NCBI GenBank assembly: GCA_036785375.1
Contig: JAWMAR010000177.1
Coordinates: forward strand, 1,612,001 to 1,676,000
Reading direction: 5' to 3'
DNA: 64,000 nt
Origin: Leucoraja ocellata
Taxonomy: Eukaryota
Each line of letters begins with the position of its first letter. Position 1 is the first letter of the stretch. A program made the position numbers and the translations under genes. The notes beneath the pieces are model-generated. The model was given only the letters and a program-made list of their open reading frames with translations, was not told the DNA's origin and did no database searches. Of the stretch, positions 37,107-50,856 are shown in pieces.

Positions 37107-38734
37107 GATTGCTCACAGTTTTCCAGATGTGGCTTAACCAGGGCTCTGCACAGCTGTAATGCAACTTCTGCCCTTTTGTATTTGTCATGTAGATATAAAG
37201 ATGACTTTTCTTTAATTTCACGAAACATTGCTATCAACCATGAGATATCAACCATGTTATTCAATATCTACAAAGAAAGGAACGTAACTCTTCGGGTTGA
37301 TAATCTTTCATTAGAAATCTATCACAGAGTTCAAATGTAAGCTTATCGACCTTAAACGTTAATTCCATAGAATCGACTAACCCATCAATGAACAGTGCAT
37401 TTTAATGATGGTTTGTGTAGGTGTGTGGGATACACACTCTGGTAATGGAGGTTTGACCAGACATGCCTGCCTTGTCTCTTCCAATCAGGACATCGGTCTG
37501 TTTCAAGTACCAAGTTATCTTTCAACTGATTTGTGGTTGGGAACCTGGCAGGTCTATTTGAGGTTGCTCTTTGTTCTGCCTGAAGATTGTGTGAGGGAGA
37601 CATGCGAGAGCTTCATCTGCAGAAACCTGCCACCAGTCATCATGTCTCCCTGTCCCTGAAGATTAGTGCATTAGTTTAATACATTTTTTTAAACAGATTA
37701 TAACCCCTTAACTAAGTATATTGGCCAAGAATACATAGATAAGATAGAAACATCAGCCATTTAAGTCTGCACAAAGGTGCTTTTTCAGAATTAAATTGAT
37801 AAACTAATTAACATTAAACTAGGCAACCATTTCAGCCCATTACTTTCTAAATTCTGATTAATTATTTGTAGCAAACATTCCTTTAAGCACCGAAGACCAA
37901 TGCCCATCACTGTGAAACTGGCTCAGAGTTCTTGCTAAGTGTGCAAAGAGGCTGAATTAACGTCAATAGAGATATAATCACAGAGACAAGAAGGTTTCAG
38001 CTTCATCTTTACATCTGCCAATTCAGCTGTCTCCCAAGATCAAGCTCAGCAACTCTGCTCCAGCAGTGTTCTCCACTGATGTCATCATTACTCAATGTTT
38101 AAACATTGTTTAAAAGGATTAGTAGGAAGGTATGAACTGAAGAGATGCAAAGTTATGCAGCTGCTTAATTTTTCAAAAATCGAGCTCTCAGCTGCTTAGT
38201 TTCTTTTATGTTTCAATCTCTATGCTTTTAAAATTATTACAGTGCACGATTAAGCACCTTCCAATTATATCCTTTGACTTTTATGGGTTGAAACTTCCTT
38301 GCCTGTAATTATGGAGTTATTGATAGATTTCCACTTCAATAATGATTGATGAATGTTGCACAAGAACATTTGGAATTATAGAAATTTACAGCATAGTAAA
38401 GTATATTCAGCTCTGGACCATCCAGAGCTATCCATGTTGACCCTACTTTCCATTTCTGGGTCATAGCTTTGTAGGTTAAGGCAAATCAGGTGCATGTCTA
38501 ACCCCTTGTTTATGTCTGATAGGTTTATACCTTAAATTCCAATGTCTACCTCTCCAAGTGTGCATTTGAAATTCTCCTCAACTTCCACGAATCTATCGGT
38601 CAATTATTTTTAATCCATGCTGCTGGTTACTAAAATTAGAGAGCATGGAAACAGAGCTCCCATGGCTATTAACAATTTGTAAGGTAAATATATCTATCCT
38701 GGTGTCTCTTCCAAAACTCCTCATCATTTACTTT

Positions 38735-39024
38735 GCTTTAGAGATACAGCGAGGAAATAAGCCCTTCAACTCAGCACGTCCGCACCAACCAGCAATCACC
38801 TCGTACACTAACCCACACATTAGGGACAATTTGCAATTTTTACCGAATCCAATTAACCTACAACAGTTACGTCGTGTGGGAGGAAACCGGAGCACTCGAA
38901 GATAACCCAAGCGGTCACAGCGAGAATGTACACACTCCGTATAGACAGCATCCATAGTCATATCGAAACTGGGTCTCTGTCGTTGTAAGGCAGCGACTCT
39001 ACCGCTGCGCCACTGTACCACCCT
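38735..39024 (-). mobile_element. HE1-type V-SINE
   Basis: Full head-to-tail match with the other copies. Confidence 0.9.
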
Positions 39025-39904
39025 ACTCCATTTGTATAGCCCTTTTACTTTCTCTGTTCCATGGAAATCAACATCAATCAACTATTCATTGCTAAAGCTC
39101 TCCAATCCTGACAACATCAGTATACATCTTGGTTTCACCTCAAGGGTTAATCTATCCTTCTCATAACCAGAACTATTCAAACTACTCTCCTGCTAGAGTA
39201 GTTCGAACAGCCTTTCTTTTGTATTCTAGTATAATCACCTTGCTCTCATATTCCATGTCACCCTAATAAGTAAAATGGACCCTATCCCTTGTGCAAGACC
39301 TGTACTTACATGCAATGCTCCCGCATCTTGCAGAAAGCAGCCTAAAGTCTTGCTGTCATTTTTGGGAAGATTTATACTGTTCCTGAAACTGACCACAGTG
39401 ATTTCAGCACACGGAAGCGACGTGGCGGTTGAAGGGCCACTGGTCATGTTACGGGAACGGGAGGATGATGTGGACTACAGTAGCTGGGCGTGCAAGCACA
39501 TTGAGTGCAGCCTACAACAGCTGCCAAGAAGGAACCCACAGCATTGCGCTGGGCCAGGCCAGCCCCTACCACATCCATATCCCCATATTCACCCAGTGTC
39601 GTCTGGACACCGGGTCATAAATGAGAAAATATAGTCAAGATCAGACATGATGTTTTTAGAGATATGAGACTTGATAAATGCAAAACGGCACCGGCGTGTG
39701 GGGACTCTTTGCGTACTGTCCCAAAAGAGGGTCGACTTTTATCCACTATAATCACTCCACCCTTTTACTTGTGTATGATTGTACATGGCATGATTCAACT
39801 GGATAGGATGCAAAGCAAAGCCTTTCACTGTATCCCGGTATACTTGACCGTAATAAACTAAACTGCTAATTGATGCTAATATTCAGAAAGGCATGATTTT
39901 TTAA

Positions 39905-42575
39905 AGTTGTATTTCTGAATATATATTATTCATGAACATTTTAAAGTATGCAGTAAAAATTATTCAACTCACCATTTTCATGTAAAATCTTGTTCTTCTA
40001 GCTACTTAACATTAACATGTCATCATTTATGATTCTTGTACAACTTTAAAGCAAATAGTTCACCAGGTTTTAATACAGATTTCAACTAGTTTGTGTGCTG
40101 AGGCAGGAGGTTCAAAACTGTGGCCCTTCACTACAAAGCTTTTGCAGTGGTTGCACCCAGCTGCAGTCCATCCTTCAGCACATGGTCCTAGACCTCAGGC
40201 CATGTCAGTTTGCAGCACTTGAGAGGAATAGATCAGGTAGATGCACATAATCTCTTGCCCAGAGTAGGGGAATCAAGGCCAGAGGACATAGGTTCAAGGT
40301 GAAGGGGAAAAGATTTAATAGGAATCTGAGGGGATTGACTTTTTCACACAACGGGTGGTGGGTGTATGGAACAAGCTGCCAGAGGTAGTTGCGTCTGGGA
40401 CTATCCCAATGTTTAAGAAACAGTTAGACAGGTACATGGATAGGACAAGTTTGAAGGATATGGACCAAACGCAGGCAGGTAGGACCAGTGTGGCTGGGAC
40501 CTGTTGGCCAGTGTGGGCAAGTTGGGCATAAGGGCCTGTTTCCACACTGTATTACTTTATGACTCTGATTCTATGACTTAGCTGTAGACAACATAGAAAC
40601 ATAGAAAATAGGTGCAGGAGTAGGCCATTGGGTCCTTCGAGCCTGCACCGCCATTCAATATGATCATGGCTGATCATCCAACTCAGTATCCTGTACCTGC
40701 CTTCTCTCCATAACCCCAAATCCCTTTAGCCACAAGGGCCACATCTAACTCCCTCTTAAATATAGCCAATGAACTGGCCTCAACTACCTTCTGTGGCAGA
40801 GAATTCCAGAGATTCACCACTCTCTGTGTGAAAAATGTTTTTCTCATCTCGGTCCTAAAAGATTTCCCTCTTATCCTTAAACTGTGACCCCTTGTTCTGG
40901 AACTGTGACCCCTTGTTCAATACCTCGCTTAAGAAAACAGTGAGTCTCGGACAGACCAGAACGCCTCCTTTGAGCAGCTATTACCATTTGTTTCTCTGCG
41001 TGTCCTGTGTCATATAGTTGTTTAGGATGTCCCTCATCAAATATCTTGATATCTTTTACCTGACCCTATTGTCAAAGCTGCACTGACTCAGCAGAAGGCC
41101 AATTATCTCATTTCTAGGACAGCCAGCTTTAGGGCAGCATTCTGCAAGGTCATTTTGCTGATATACACGAGCGATCTGATGGTAAGAGGCTTATCCAACA
41201 CCAACTAAACCAGGACTTGATACTTGTTTGAAAGCTATGATTAAGAGGCATCCTGCCAACAGACCTTGACAGTCTGCTTTGGAAACTACCCTCCTAGATC
41301 CACCATTTCCTTTTCCTGCGATGACATCTAATACAGACCACTTTCTGATGGATTTGTAACAAAGTGTGACATTCAGGATCCAGTGTTTTATACAGGAGAG
41401 GATTCCATACAGACAGCACCCGTAGTCAGGATAGAACCCGGGTCTCTGGCACTGTAAGGCAGCAGCTCTACCTTTGCGCCATCATGCTGCTATTCTGAGG
41501 CAATGTGGCCAGACTCATCCATCATAACAAAGGGGACAGATAGAATTTCCACATGTTGTGATACTTGGTGTTTGCATTATCGGAGTTGACACATGGCTCC
41601 AAACAGGGCCAAACTGGGTACATTTACCTCTTTTTCTGGAGTCATGTACATTGTAGTTCTGTAAACCTGCTCATGTTTGAGCATTACTTGAAGTGACCAA
41701 GTTCATGGTTGATTATAGTTGTGAAGTTTGTGCTACACTTGTATTAGGTGCTGCAATACCAATTTGCCGCACCCAGTGACCAGATTGTTTTACCATGATC
41801 AATGGTGAGAGCTATAGGACTTGATTTCAATGATTTGGCTTATTTGATCTATTTCAAGTGCTTCTACTCCATTCTTGCCGTGAGTAACTTGGTCAAGTTC
41901 CCTTTACTGTAAAGTTGACCGGGCAAGCAGACTGGATGATTTAGTTCTCCCATGACCATTACATTTTCTGGAAAAACCTGAATGATCTGTAAGTGAACAT
42001 TTGACCTTGTTGTTCTGCTATTGTTAGTCCCTTAGTCTTTGATTGCAACCAAGTAGGCTGACTCTTGGGATCCTGCACTGGCAACAAGAAATGTATTCTC
42101 CCCTCCAAAAGGATCCTAGGTCCCCACTTCTGATACATGCAGTAGCACCTTCTGCAGTTTGATTCCCATCAATGAAAGCAGAGTGGGCAGGCAATGAGTG
42201 ATAGACCCACCATACCTAATATCATCTGCAGCCCAATGTTCAGGTTAACCATGACCCATCACAAATGTATACCTCCGTGACCCAGCTTAGGCAACTCCAC
42301 CCCTCGAGGCTGATCTGTTGTTTATTTCCACCTTGACTGATTGCTCCCCCTCCCTTATTCCAGCAACCGGGCTTTGCTCTTTTTATCATGGAATCCAGAC
42401 ATGCCAGAGCTCCATGGGCTGCAGTTTTGTAACAGCACTGTGCTTTGAAGGCGTAGGTTACAGATGTCTAGCAAACTTTGGGGGACAAAATACTTCCTTA
42501 CGACACAGTGAAATGACTGCTCTGCACTGAAGATCACAAATCTTATTCTGGAATCTACCACCCATGGGAAAAGCT
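39905..42575 (-). mobile_element. Ancient Tx1/L1-clade LINE ORF2 relic with nested CR1 (40221-40570, 40591-40918) and HE1 (41400-41490) insertions
   Basis: Broken frames read ANTKYHNMWKFYLSPLL, FPKQTVKVCWQDAS, LSNKYQVL, CPKAGC (zf-RVT-like) and KCCKL...DHVLKDGLQLGATTAKA, followed by the 3' end catgaataatatatattcagaaa. Confidence 0.75.
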
Positions 42576-42772
42576 ACTCAGGAACTGATCTATTGATTCA
42601 CTTTATCATTTTAAAGACGTTATTTGAGTAATTTCTCAAGCCTCAAAGCAATTTATGAAAACGGTCCTCAAAGGTTACTCATTAAGACAGGGTAATAAAA
42701 CCCAGCAGTAAAAAAGGAGTTCTTAAAGTAATAGAAACTTACATACAATAAAAGTGAAATAATAAGAGGTAG

Positions 42773-43320
42773 AATGGTGGTGCAGTGATAGAGTTACTGC
42801 CTTACAACGCCAGAGAACTGGGTTTGATCCTGATTGCTGGTGCTGTCTGTACGGAGTTTGTACTCTCTCCCTGTGGGTTTTCTTCGGGTGCTCCGGTTTC
42901 CTCCCACACTCCAACGATGTACCGGTTGTAGGTTAATTGGCTTTGGTAAAAATTGCCAATTTCCCTAATGTGTTGGTTAGTGTAAGGGGCGATTGATAGT
43001 CGGTGTGGACTCGCTGAGTTAAAGGGCCTGTTTCTGCGATATATCTCTAAACTAAATGCTAAACACAGAATATAGCTGTTGTCAGGGATTATGGAGGTGA
43101 GTAACCACACAGTTGCTAAAGTAAAGTAAATGATGAGGTATCTTGGTAGAGACAACTGGTTTCCTCCCATATTCTAAAGACTTGCAGGTTTGTAGGTTAA
43201 GTGAGTTGGTAAAAATTGTAAATTGTCGCTAATATGTAGGATAGTGCTAGTGTACGGAGTGGTCAGTGGTTGCGGACTCGTTGGGCTGAAGGGCCTATTT
43301 CTACGCTGTATTTCTAACCT
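42773..43320 (+). mobile_element. HE1-type V-SINE plus a duplicated 3' half
   Basis: Full copy at 42773-43055 and a partial copy at about 43158-43320 with the same downstream flank. Confidence 0.85.
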
Positions 43321-44487
43321 ATATGCTAAACACAGAATATAGATATTGTCAGGGTAGGTAAATTATGGAGATGGATCACCACACAGTTGCTATTATATTG
43401 CAGGTTTAGAATGAAATTCTACCGCTAGCAATCATAAATCAGAAATAACAGAAAAAGTTGCTAATATTAGCATCTAAACTCTCCAAAGATTGATGAACCT
43501 GCTGACTGCTTCCAGCATTGTCTGTTTTAATTTCATTATCCTCTGACAGCATTTTTACCAGAAGGCCATGACATTTGTTTTTACAGCAGCCCTGCACAAG
43601 TCTTAATGGTTGAGTGTGAAGGAGATTAAATCAGGAATGCCAGGGAGATCAGTTGGCATTGCAAACAGGCTGTCTGTGCTTGCCATATGGTATAAGCTGC
43701 ATTTGCAGGTGATTGTGACCTATGAAGCAATTAGCGAGGGTAACAGTCTCTGCAGGCGAATGGCAGCTCGGAGATTTCTGCCATCTGCTAGCAGGGCAAC
43801 TACAAACACACATTACATCTAACAACTACTTAAACCTGTGCTCATCCAGGGCCCTGGTCGCTAATCATAACTCACATTAAACCCTTGCCATTGATGAACA
43901 ATGTTTCCCGCTCCAACAGCATCACAACTTTAAAAAAATCTCTGCTCCGTTTTTGAGTCTCTTCGTATCCTCGTTCCTCCCTATCTATACAACCACTTCC
44001 AGATTTTACAAACTTCTGAAATCTCTGCACTCCTCTAATTCTTAATCAACTCAGAATTTAATCACTCCACCATTTGTGTCCAAATCGAATGCCGCTTCTT
44101 CACTGCCGAGGTTGTAAGTTCAGATGTTCCCTGAAACCACTTTACCTTGCTTCGTGCTGTCCCTTCTTTAGGGCACACCTCAAAATCTTTTTCTTTGTGC
44201 AAGCGTCTGTCCCTATTTCTCTTTCTGAGGATTGGTGTCAGAAATCCATTGACAACGTGTTGGATGCCTTGTTGCCACATGGATGCAAATTATTGCAGTT
44301 TTGACTTAATAAGCATGGCAATAGTAGCAGACCTTCTCTATGCCAGTGCCCATGTTGCACACAAGCTTCCATCCACTTTAATTGCCCTTTCACGTTGACC
44401 CTATCTCATAATCATAAGGATGGCTATTGATGATTAAGGCCATCCCCTTCCTCAACCACATCTTATTTCATCCAGAATGACCACCTG

Positions 44488-44750
44488 TCCAGAGACCCGG
44501 GTTCGATCATGACTATGGGTAGTGTCTATATGGAGTTTGTGCGTTCTCCCTGTGACCATGTGGGTTTTCACTGTAGCCTCCTCCCATACCTCTAAAACGT
44601 ACAGGTTTGTAGATTAATTGGCTTCAGTACATTGTAAATTCTCCCTAATGTGTAGGATAGTGCTAGTGTAAGGGGTGGTCGCTGGCTGGTGCGGACACGG
44701 TGGGCTTAAGAACCTGTTTTCATGCTGTCACTTTAAAGTTTAAAGTCTAA
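44488..44750 (+). mobile_element. HE1-type V-SINE (5' truncated)
   Basis: ccagagacccgggttcgatc...caggtttgtagattaattggc. Confidence 0.85.
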
Positions 44751-45764
44751 ATCTGCCAACAAAGTTATAAATGGGATACCTTGCAGAACTTGTTTAATCA
44801 GTTCCTCTCCCATACAGTATTAACATCAGCAGGCCATTGCCGCGCTGTGGTAAGCATTAGAAGTTTGGAAAAATAACGTGCCGTTTACATAGTCTCTTAA
44901 AATGGGTATTATGCCATTCACAAGTTGACCGTGGTATCACCTCACCACAGTTAAGCTGAAAGCAACTTGCTAGGATGCTTCTGCTATAACCAAGGTTCAA
45001 GTAAATATCATTGGTGCACAAGTTAGGGAGAGCACCTGGCTGGAGATAATACAGAAGACATCCAGTTACTTGGAACACAATCACAATGTTTGAAATAAAT
45101 TTTTAGTGCATTTTAATGTTGCTGTTTTTACCTGCACTTTTTAACTATTTGTACTGTTTCATCAGGGACTGGATTGTTTTTATTGTTTTTATTATGGGTG
45201 AAATGTTTAAGTTTTATATGCGATGCTCCGGTATTTCCTGGGAAACGTCTTCTCATTTTGCACTGTACACTGTTGCTTTGCAAGATGACAATAAAGGTTG
45301 ATTGATTGAACCTCTGGATTATTTCCTTTTGTTCCAACCATTATTCTCTCCACCTTCTCCGCTACTTCGATAAACATATTTCTTTCTTTTCTCAGTTCTG
45401 ATGAAGGGATTTCGACTTGAAGCATCAACTCTTTCTCTTCCCAGAGATACTCTAGACTTTCTCGGTATTCCCAGCATGTTCCATTATTACTCGACAAGTG
45501 AGGGATGCCTTATATTATAGTTCCATCATTGTCTCTGAGATCATCCTTATCTGCTGCATTCATCGCTACTTTGCAATGTACAAGTTGCCTAACGAGGAAG
45601 AGAATGGCAGTCCCAACTATGATCAGAGAAAGATATAGACAATTTCAAAAGGATTTGCCTGCAGAAGTGTCCATGCAGACAAGCCAAATACGATCAAGAA
45701 AAATTCAACCAAAGTTTAATGCTCTTTCCAAATCCCAAGAGTTGCAAACCAATGTCTTCTGCGT

Positions 45765-46072
45765 AGACAATAGACAATAGATGCAGGAGTAGGCCATTTG
45801 GCCCTTTGAGCCAGCACCACCATTCAATGTGATCATGGCTGATCACACACAATCACTACCCCGTTCCTGCCTTCTCCCCATATCCCTTGACTCCACTATC
45901 TTTAAGAGCTAACTCTCTCTTGAAAGCATCCAGAGAGCCAGCCTCCACCGCCCTCAGAGGCAGAGAATTCCACAGACTCACAACTCTCTGTGTGAAAACA
46001 TTTCTCCTCATCGCCATTATAAATGGATTACCCCTTATTCTTAAACTGTGGCCCTTGGTTCTGGAATCTCCT
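45765..46072 (-). mobile_element. CR1/HER1 LINE 3' end
   Basis: RTKGHSLRIRG...FTQRVVSLWNSLP and the family tail. Confidence 0.9.
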
Positions 46073-46606
46073 TGACGTGATATTGACCATCTCCGTCCTT
46101 TGAACTTTGATAAAAAACAGAAAGTAGTGGAAATACGCAGGTTTGAGTTCTGATGGAAATACATTTGACCTGAAATATTAACTAACCCTGTTTTTCTTTC
46201 CACAGATGCAACTTGACCAGACAAGTATTCCTCGGATTTTTTAGTTTTGATTTCATAATTCCAGCATCTCCAGTTTTTCATTTCCTTTAAATTTTGATAT
46301 TGTATTCTGTACCAGTTTAAAACAAATCTCTAGTCAAACATCATGTGAAATGAAACCAACAGCTTATTTTCTGTTGAAACCCCACTGCCCTGAAATGTTT
46401 TCTCTCTGCACAGATGCTGCCTGACCTGCTGCCGATGAACCAATTTTCATTTTGTATCGCCTATTCTGTGCCCCGCTCTAATGTTTTGCTGTTTTTGCTT
46501 TGTCCCAGTGATACTCATTTGGTTGGATAAGTATGTATTATGTTCATCTATTTATCTTTAACTGTTTCCATTGCCTCTCCTGTGATAGATGACAGGACCT
46601 GCTTAC

Positions 46607-46925
46607 TTCCTGCTGTCTCTACCATCATTTTCCAAAGGAAGGAGTAGATGTGTGAGTCTCTGCATGTCCGTGAGAGATGGAAACACTTTCACTTGCCCAC
46701 CTTGGGCCTGGACTGGTGCTGGAATCTCACACGGTGCCTGATCTATAGATCTGTGTGGGGCCTGATTTATAAACTGCAGTGAATCCTCTTTCAAAGCTGA
46801 TTCCTTAGGCTTTCGTTCCAATCCCTTGGGGGCTGCTGCAGCTGAGGTGGTGTTTGCAACAGATGGTGAATATGACGCAGAGCACGTGGGACTTCTGCTG
46901 ACATTCTGTGGCTCTTCAGTGTTGT
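46607..46925 (-). CDS. Candidate coding exon (319 bp, phase 1-2), Ser/Pro/Ala/Gln-rich, product unknown
   Basis: Pyrimidine-rich acceptor ttcctgttttccgatgttgcag| and donor AA|gtaagc enclose an open frame (D)NTEEPQNVSRSPTCSASYSPSVANTTS...LENDGRDSR. The sequence is non-repetitive and I recognise no domain. Confidence 0.45.
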
Positions 46926-47297
46926 CTGCAACATCGGAAAACAGGAACGTGTGCTCAAAATGCAAAAAAACCCAAAAATCAACAACTTACATAGTATTTG
47001 AGAAGTGTGGGTCTGTGTCTATGTGTGTGTGTGTATGTCTGTCCGTCATAAGGTCATAAGTATTAAGAGCAGAATTAGATCATTCAGCCAATCAAGTCTA
47101 CTCCGTTATTCAATCATATCTGATCTATCCCTCCCAACCCCATTCTCCTGCCTTCTCCCCATAACCCCTGACACCCGTCCTGAAGTTTAAAGTCTTCTCT
47201 ATATTTTCTATATCTTTCCTCATTATTGATTCCTCCTGTCTCTCCATTCTTTTGCATTCACCTTTCAGGAAATCCCACATTGAATCATTGCATCATC

Positions 47298-47333
47298 GGT
47301 CACCATGGTCACCATGGTCACCATGGTCACCAT
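47298..47333. repeat. (GGTCACCAT)x4 perfect 9-bp tandem repeat
   Basis: Read directly from the sequence. Confidence 0.95.
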
Positions 47334-47470
47334 GCTTTCAGCGGTCAAAGACTGCAGGCATTGGAATTTACCCTAATTTATTTTAAATATATCCTCTTTA
47401 ACCAACCTTTTGGTCATGTTGTTTGCTAATGCTCCGGTGGCTCCGGCATCTCAGAGGTAGGAGTCATGGA

Positions 47471-47833
47471 TAACCATATAACCATATAACAATTACAGCA
47501 CGGAAACAGGCCAACTCAGCCCTTCTAGTCCGTGCCAAACACTCATTCTCCCCCTAGTCCCATCTACCTGCACTCATACCATAACCCTCCATTCCTTTCC
47601 TGTCCATATACCTATCCAATTTATTTTTAAATGATAAAATCGAACCTGCCTCCACCACTTCCACTGGAAGCTCATTCCACACAGCTACCACTCTCTGAGT
47701 AAAGAAGTTCCCCCTCATGTTACCCCTAAACTTCTGTCCCTTAATTTTCAAGTCATGTCCTCTTGTTTGAATCTTCCCTACTCTCAATGGGAAAAGCTTA
47801 TCCACGTCAACTCTGTCTATCCCTCTCATAATT
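47471..47833 (-). mobile_element. CR1 LINE 3' end (second subfamily)
   Basis: MRGIDRVDVDKLFP...TRGHDLKI...FFTQRVVAVWNELP with a (TTATATGG)n tail. Confidence 0.9.
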
Positions 47834-48224
47834 TATGGTGGATTTGGATGGCTGTATTGAATGTAGCTGACAGGTGGGCAACCTTGCTCCTTAGCACAGC
47901 CTCCATCACACGCCTGTGTCTGTCTCACCCAAAGGTGACATTGCCCTCATCTCTGAATCACACCATGCAGCCTCAACTCTACTGGGCTTTCTCCAAGCCG
48001 CCTTCCTCCTTCGTAACCTCTTCATGACTTCTGTCCCACAGAGCCTCACTATGTTCCCTCCAATCTCCCTTTTATCCCCCTGCACCTTTCACCTCAGTCT
48101 CCGACTCAGCTCTGCGGAGGCCTTCTGTCCTCCAAATTGATCATCTTCCCACTTGTCCTAAATAAACCCTGCGGAGTTTTCCAACTGTTTACAAGGTTAA
48201 CATCCTGTTTTCACGGTGCCATGG

Positions 48225-48903
48225 CAATAGGCAATAGACGATAGACAGTAGGTGCATGCGTAGGCTTTTTGGCCCTTTGAGCCAGCACTGCCATTCAATG
48301 TGATCATGGCTGATCATCCCCAATTAGTACCCCGTTCCTGCCTTCTCCCCATATCCCCTGACTCTGCTATCTTTAAGACCTCTATCTACCTCTCTCTTGA
48401 CAGTATCCAGAGAACAGGCCTCCACCACCCTCTGAGGCAGAGAATGCCACAGACTCACAACTCTCTGTGAGAAAATGTGTTTCCTCATCTGCATTCTAAA
48501 TGGCTTACCCCTTATTCTTAAACTGTAGGCCCTGGTTCTGGACTCCCCCAACATCGGGAACATGTTTCCTGCCTCTAGCGTGGTCCAAACCCTTAATAAT
48601 CTTATATGTTACAATAAGAACCCCCTCATCCTTCTAAATTCCAGAGTATAAAAGCCCAGCCACTCCATTCTCTCAGCATATAACAATCCTTCCACCCCGG
48701 AAATTAAACTTGTGAGCCTACGCTGCACTCCCTCAATAGCAAGAATGTACTTCCTCAAATTTGCAGATCAAAACTGCACAGCTGTGGTCTCACTAGGGCC
48801 CTGTATAACTGCAGAAGGACCTCTTTGCTCATATACTCAACTATTCTTGTTATGAAGGCCAACATGCCATTCACTTTCTTCATTGCCTTGTGTACCTGCA
48901 TGC
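48225..48903 (-). mobile_element. CR1/HER1 LINE 3' fragment
   Basis: Same family as 12471 and 13948. Confidence 0.9.
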
Positions 48904-50563
48904 ACCTTTGAATCACATACAGACTGGCACAGCCACTTCTTCAAATCCTTTACCACCCTGGAATAAGAGCAGATTCTGATTACATTGGAATAATGCTGTG
49001 AAGAAGAAAAGCTTTCCCTCACAGACTGACCACAACATTTTCTACATTGTAATAGCAACTGCATTTTAAAATGTCTTAATTTGTTGAATGTTGGATTGTA
49101 AAAGACATTATGTTAATTAGAGTTATTAATAATTCAGACACATTCACTTTAGTCACATATGTAAACTTTACAACTTAGTGGTGGATCTGCAAAATATTGT
49201 GTTTTAGTTTCCATTCAAACAGAGCCTAAATCTGGAAATGGAGTATAAAGCATGAATGCTGTGTCTCATTCTAGCGACCGAGGATGAATTTTTATCTGCT
49301 TCTTTCTTGATTCTTTCTCTCACTCAAAGCTACAGCCAAATAATTGGCTCAAGGTTTGAGTGTTTATGTCCATGATATTTGTGTTATTTTACTCCTATTT
49401 CACTCTTGCCTTATCACTGGTTTAAGATTCATTAAAGAACACTTTGCATGTAAAGAATATTTCCCCTCGAGCAATAATCGTTCTATCCTCAAAGCAATGA
49501 TTTCTGGGTGGTCCCTGATAAGAATTCAACACACATGCTGCTGTTTTCTGAATAATTAACATTAATCATTCAGGCACTTTCACATAGTTCAGTTGGGTTC
49601 GTAAGGAGAATTCTGTTTCTCCAAGCTCTATTGATTTCCTTCCAGCACGAATACCATTATTTCTAATTGAAAATGTACTTTTTTTCCTGGGGTTCCTGGA
49701 CTTTTCTTCTGTGAAATGGTGGGGATCAATAGGAATAACCTGCATATCTAATTCAATTATTGAACCTGGAACAACACATCATCTAACATTAACCAGAAGA
49801 CACAAGGCTGCACTCTGATATTTGCTGCATCTGGTTTTTCAAGGCTGTGAGTTTGATGGGGATCAACCATGAGAATTGGTTGTGACCTGAATTTCACACT
49901 TGATAAGTTTATGAAGGGAGACGTGTTATGCATAGGTTAGGTATTTCTCTATATAATGGATTTAATGCCAGCTTGGTCCTAACCACTACCTAGATCTGAT
50001 CACTACCTATATCTGATCAAGGTAACAATAAGAAGATTTTAATACACATCTGTAAGATCACCTCTCCATCTCTTACGCCCAAAGGAATAAAGTCTGAGCC
50101 TGCACATCCATTCCCTACAACTCAGTTCCTCGAGTCCTGGCAACATTCTGGTAAATCTTCTTTGTACCCTTTCCAGCTTAATAATATATTTCCTACAGCA
50201 GGGTGACCAAAACTGTACACAATAGAAACATAGTAACATTGAAAATAGGTGCAGGAGTAGGCCATTCGGCCCTTCGAGCTAACACCACCATTCAATATGA
50301 TCATGGCTGATCATTCTAAATCAGTACCCCGTTCCTGCTTTCTCCCCATATCCCTTGATTCCGTTAGCCATAAGAGTTATATCTAACTGAAGTGTTGCGT
50401 GACAACGTATTGTGATAATACCATCTTAATAACAACTGTGATAATAACATCTTAACTTCCATACTCAATCCCCTGACTAATGAAGGCCAGCATGCAATAA
50501 ACTTCTTCACCACCCTGTCTACCTTGAAGCCACATTCAGGAAACTATCTACTTGTACTCCTAA

Positions 50564-50823
50564 AGGGCCTGTCCCACTTAGGCGACTTTTCTGCGGACTG
50601 TCGGCGATCTTCGAACTCACGGCAATCGCCTGAAAAACCGCGAACTGGAACGGGGACCGTCAGAGCGGAACACATCACAAAGGCGGGCCAGGGAAGCAGC
50701 GGAGCGCTGTCTGAAATTCACATGGTGCAAAGCCAAGGTGATACAGACACACACCACAATGAACAGGAAGGTTAAAGATGGCTAACACAGTGTATGGTAA
50801 GTCCTTTAAAAGAGCGGGGGGGT

Positions 50824-50856
<33 letters not shown>

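Noticed and set aside
37385-37660. Unique-looking GC-moderate segment with short ORFs on both strands
   Set aside because: No consistent acceptor-donor pair in an open frame and no recognisable protein.
39973-40043. 71-bp phase 2-1 segment with a gtgagt donor that would bridge the candidate exons at 46.6 kb and 25.9 kb
   Set aside because: It has an in-frame TAG and a weak AAG acceptor, and it lies in the Tx1 3' UTR.
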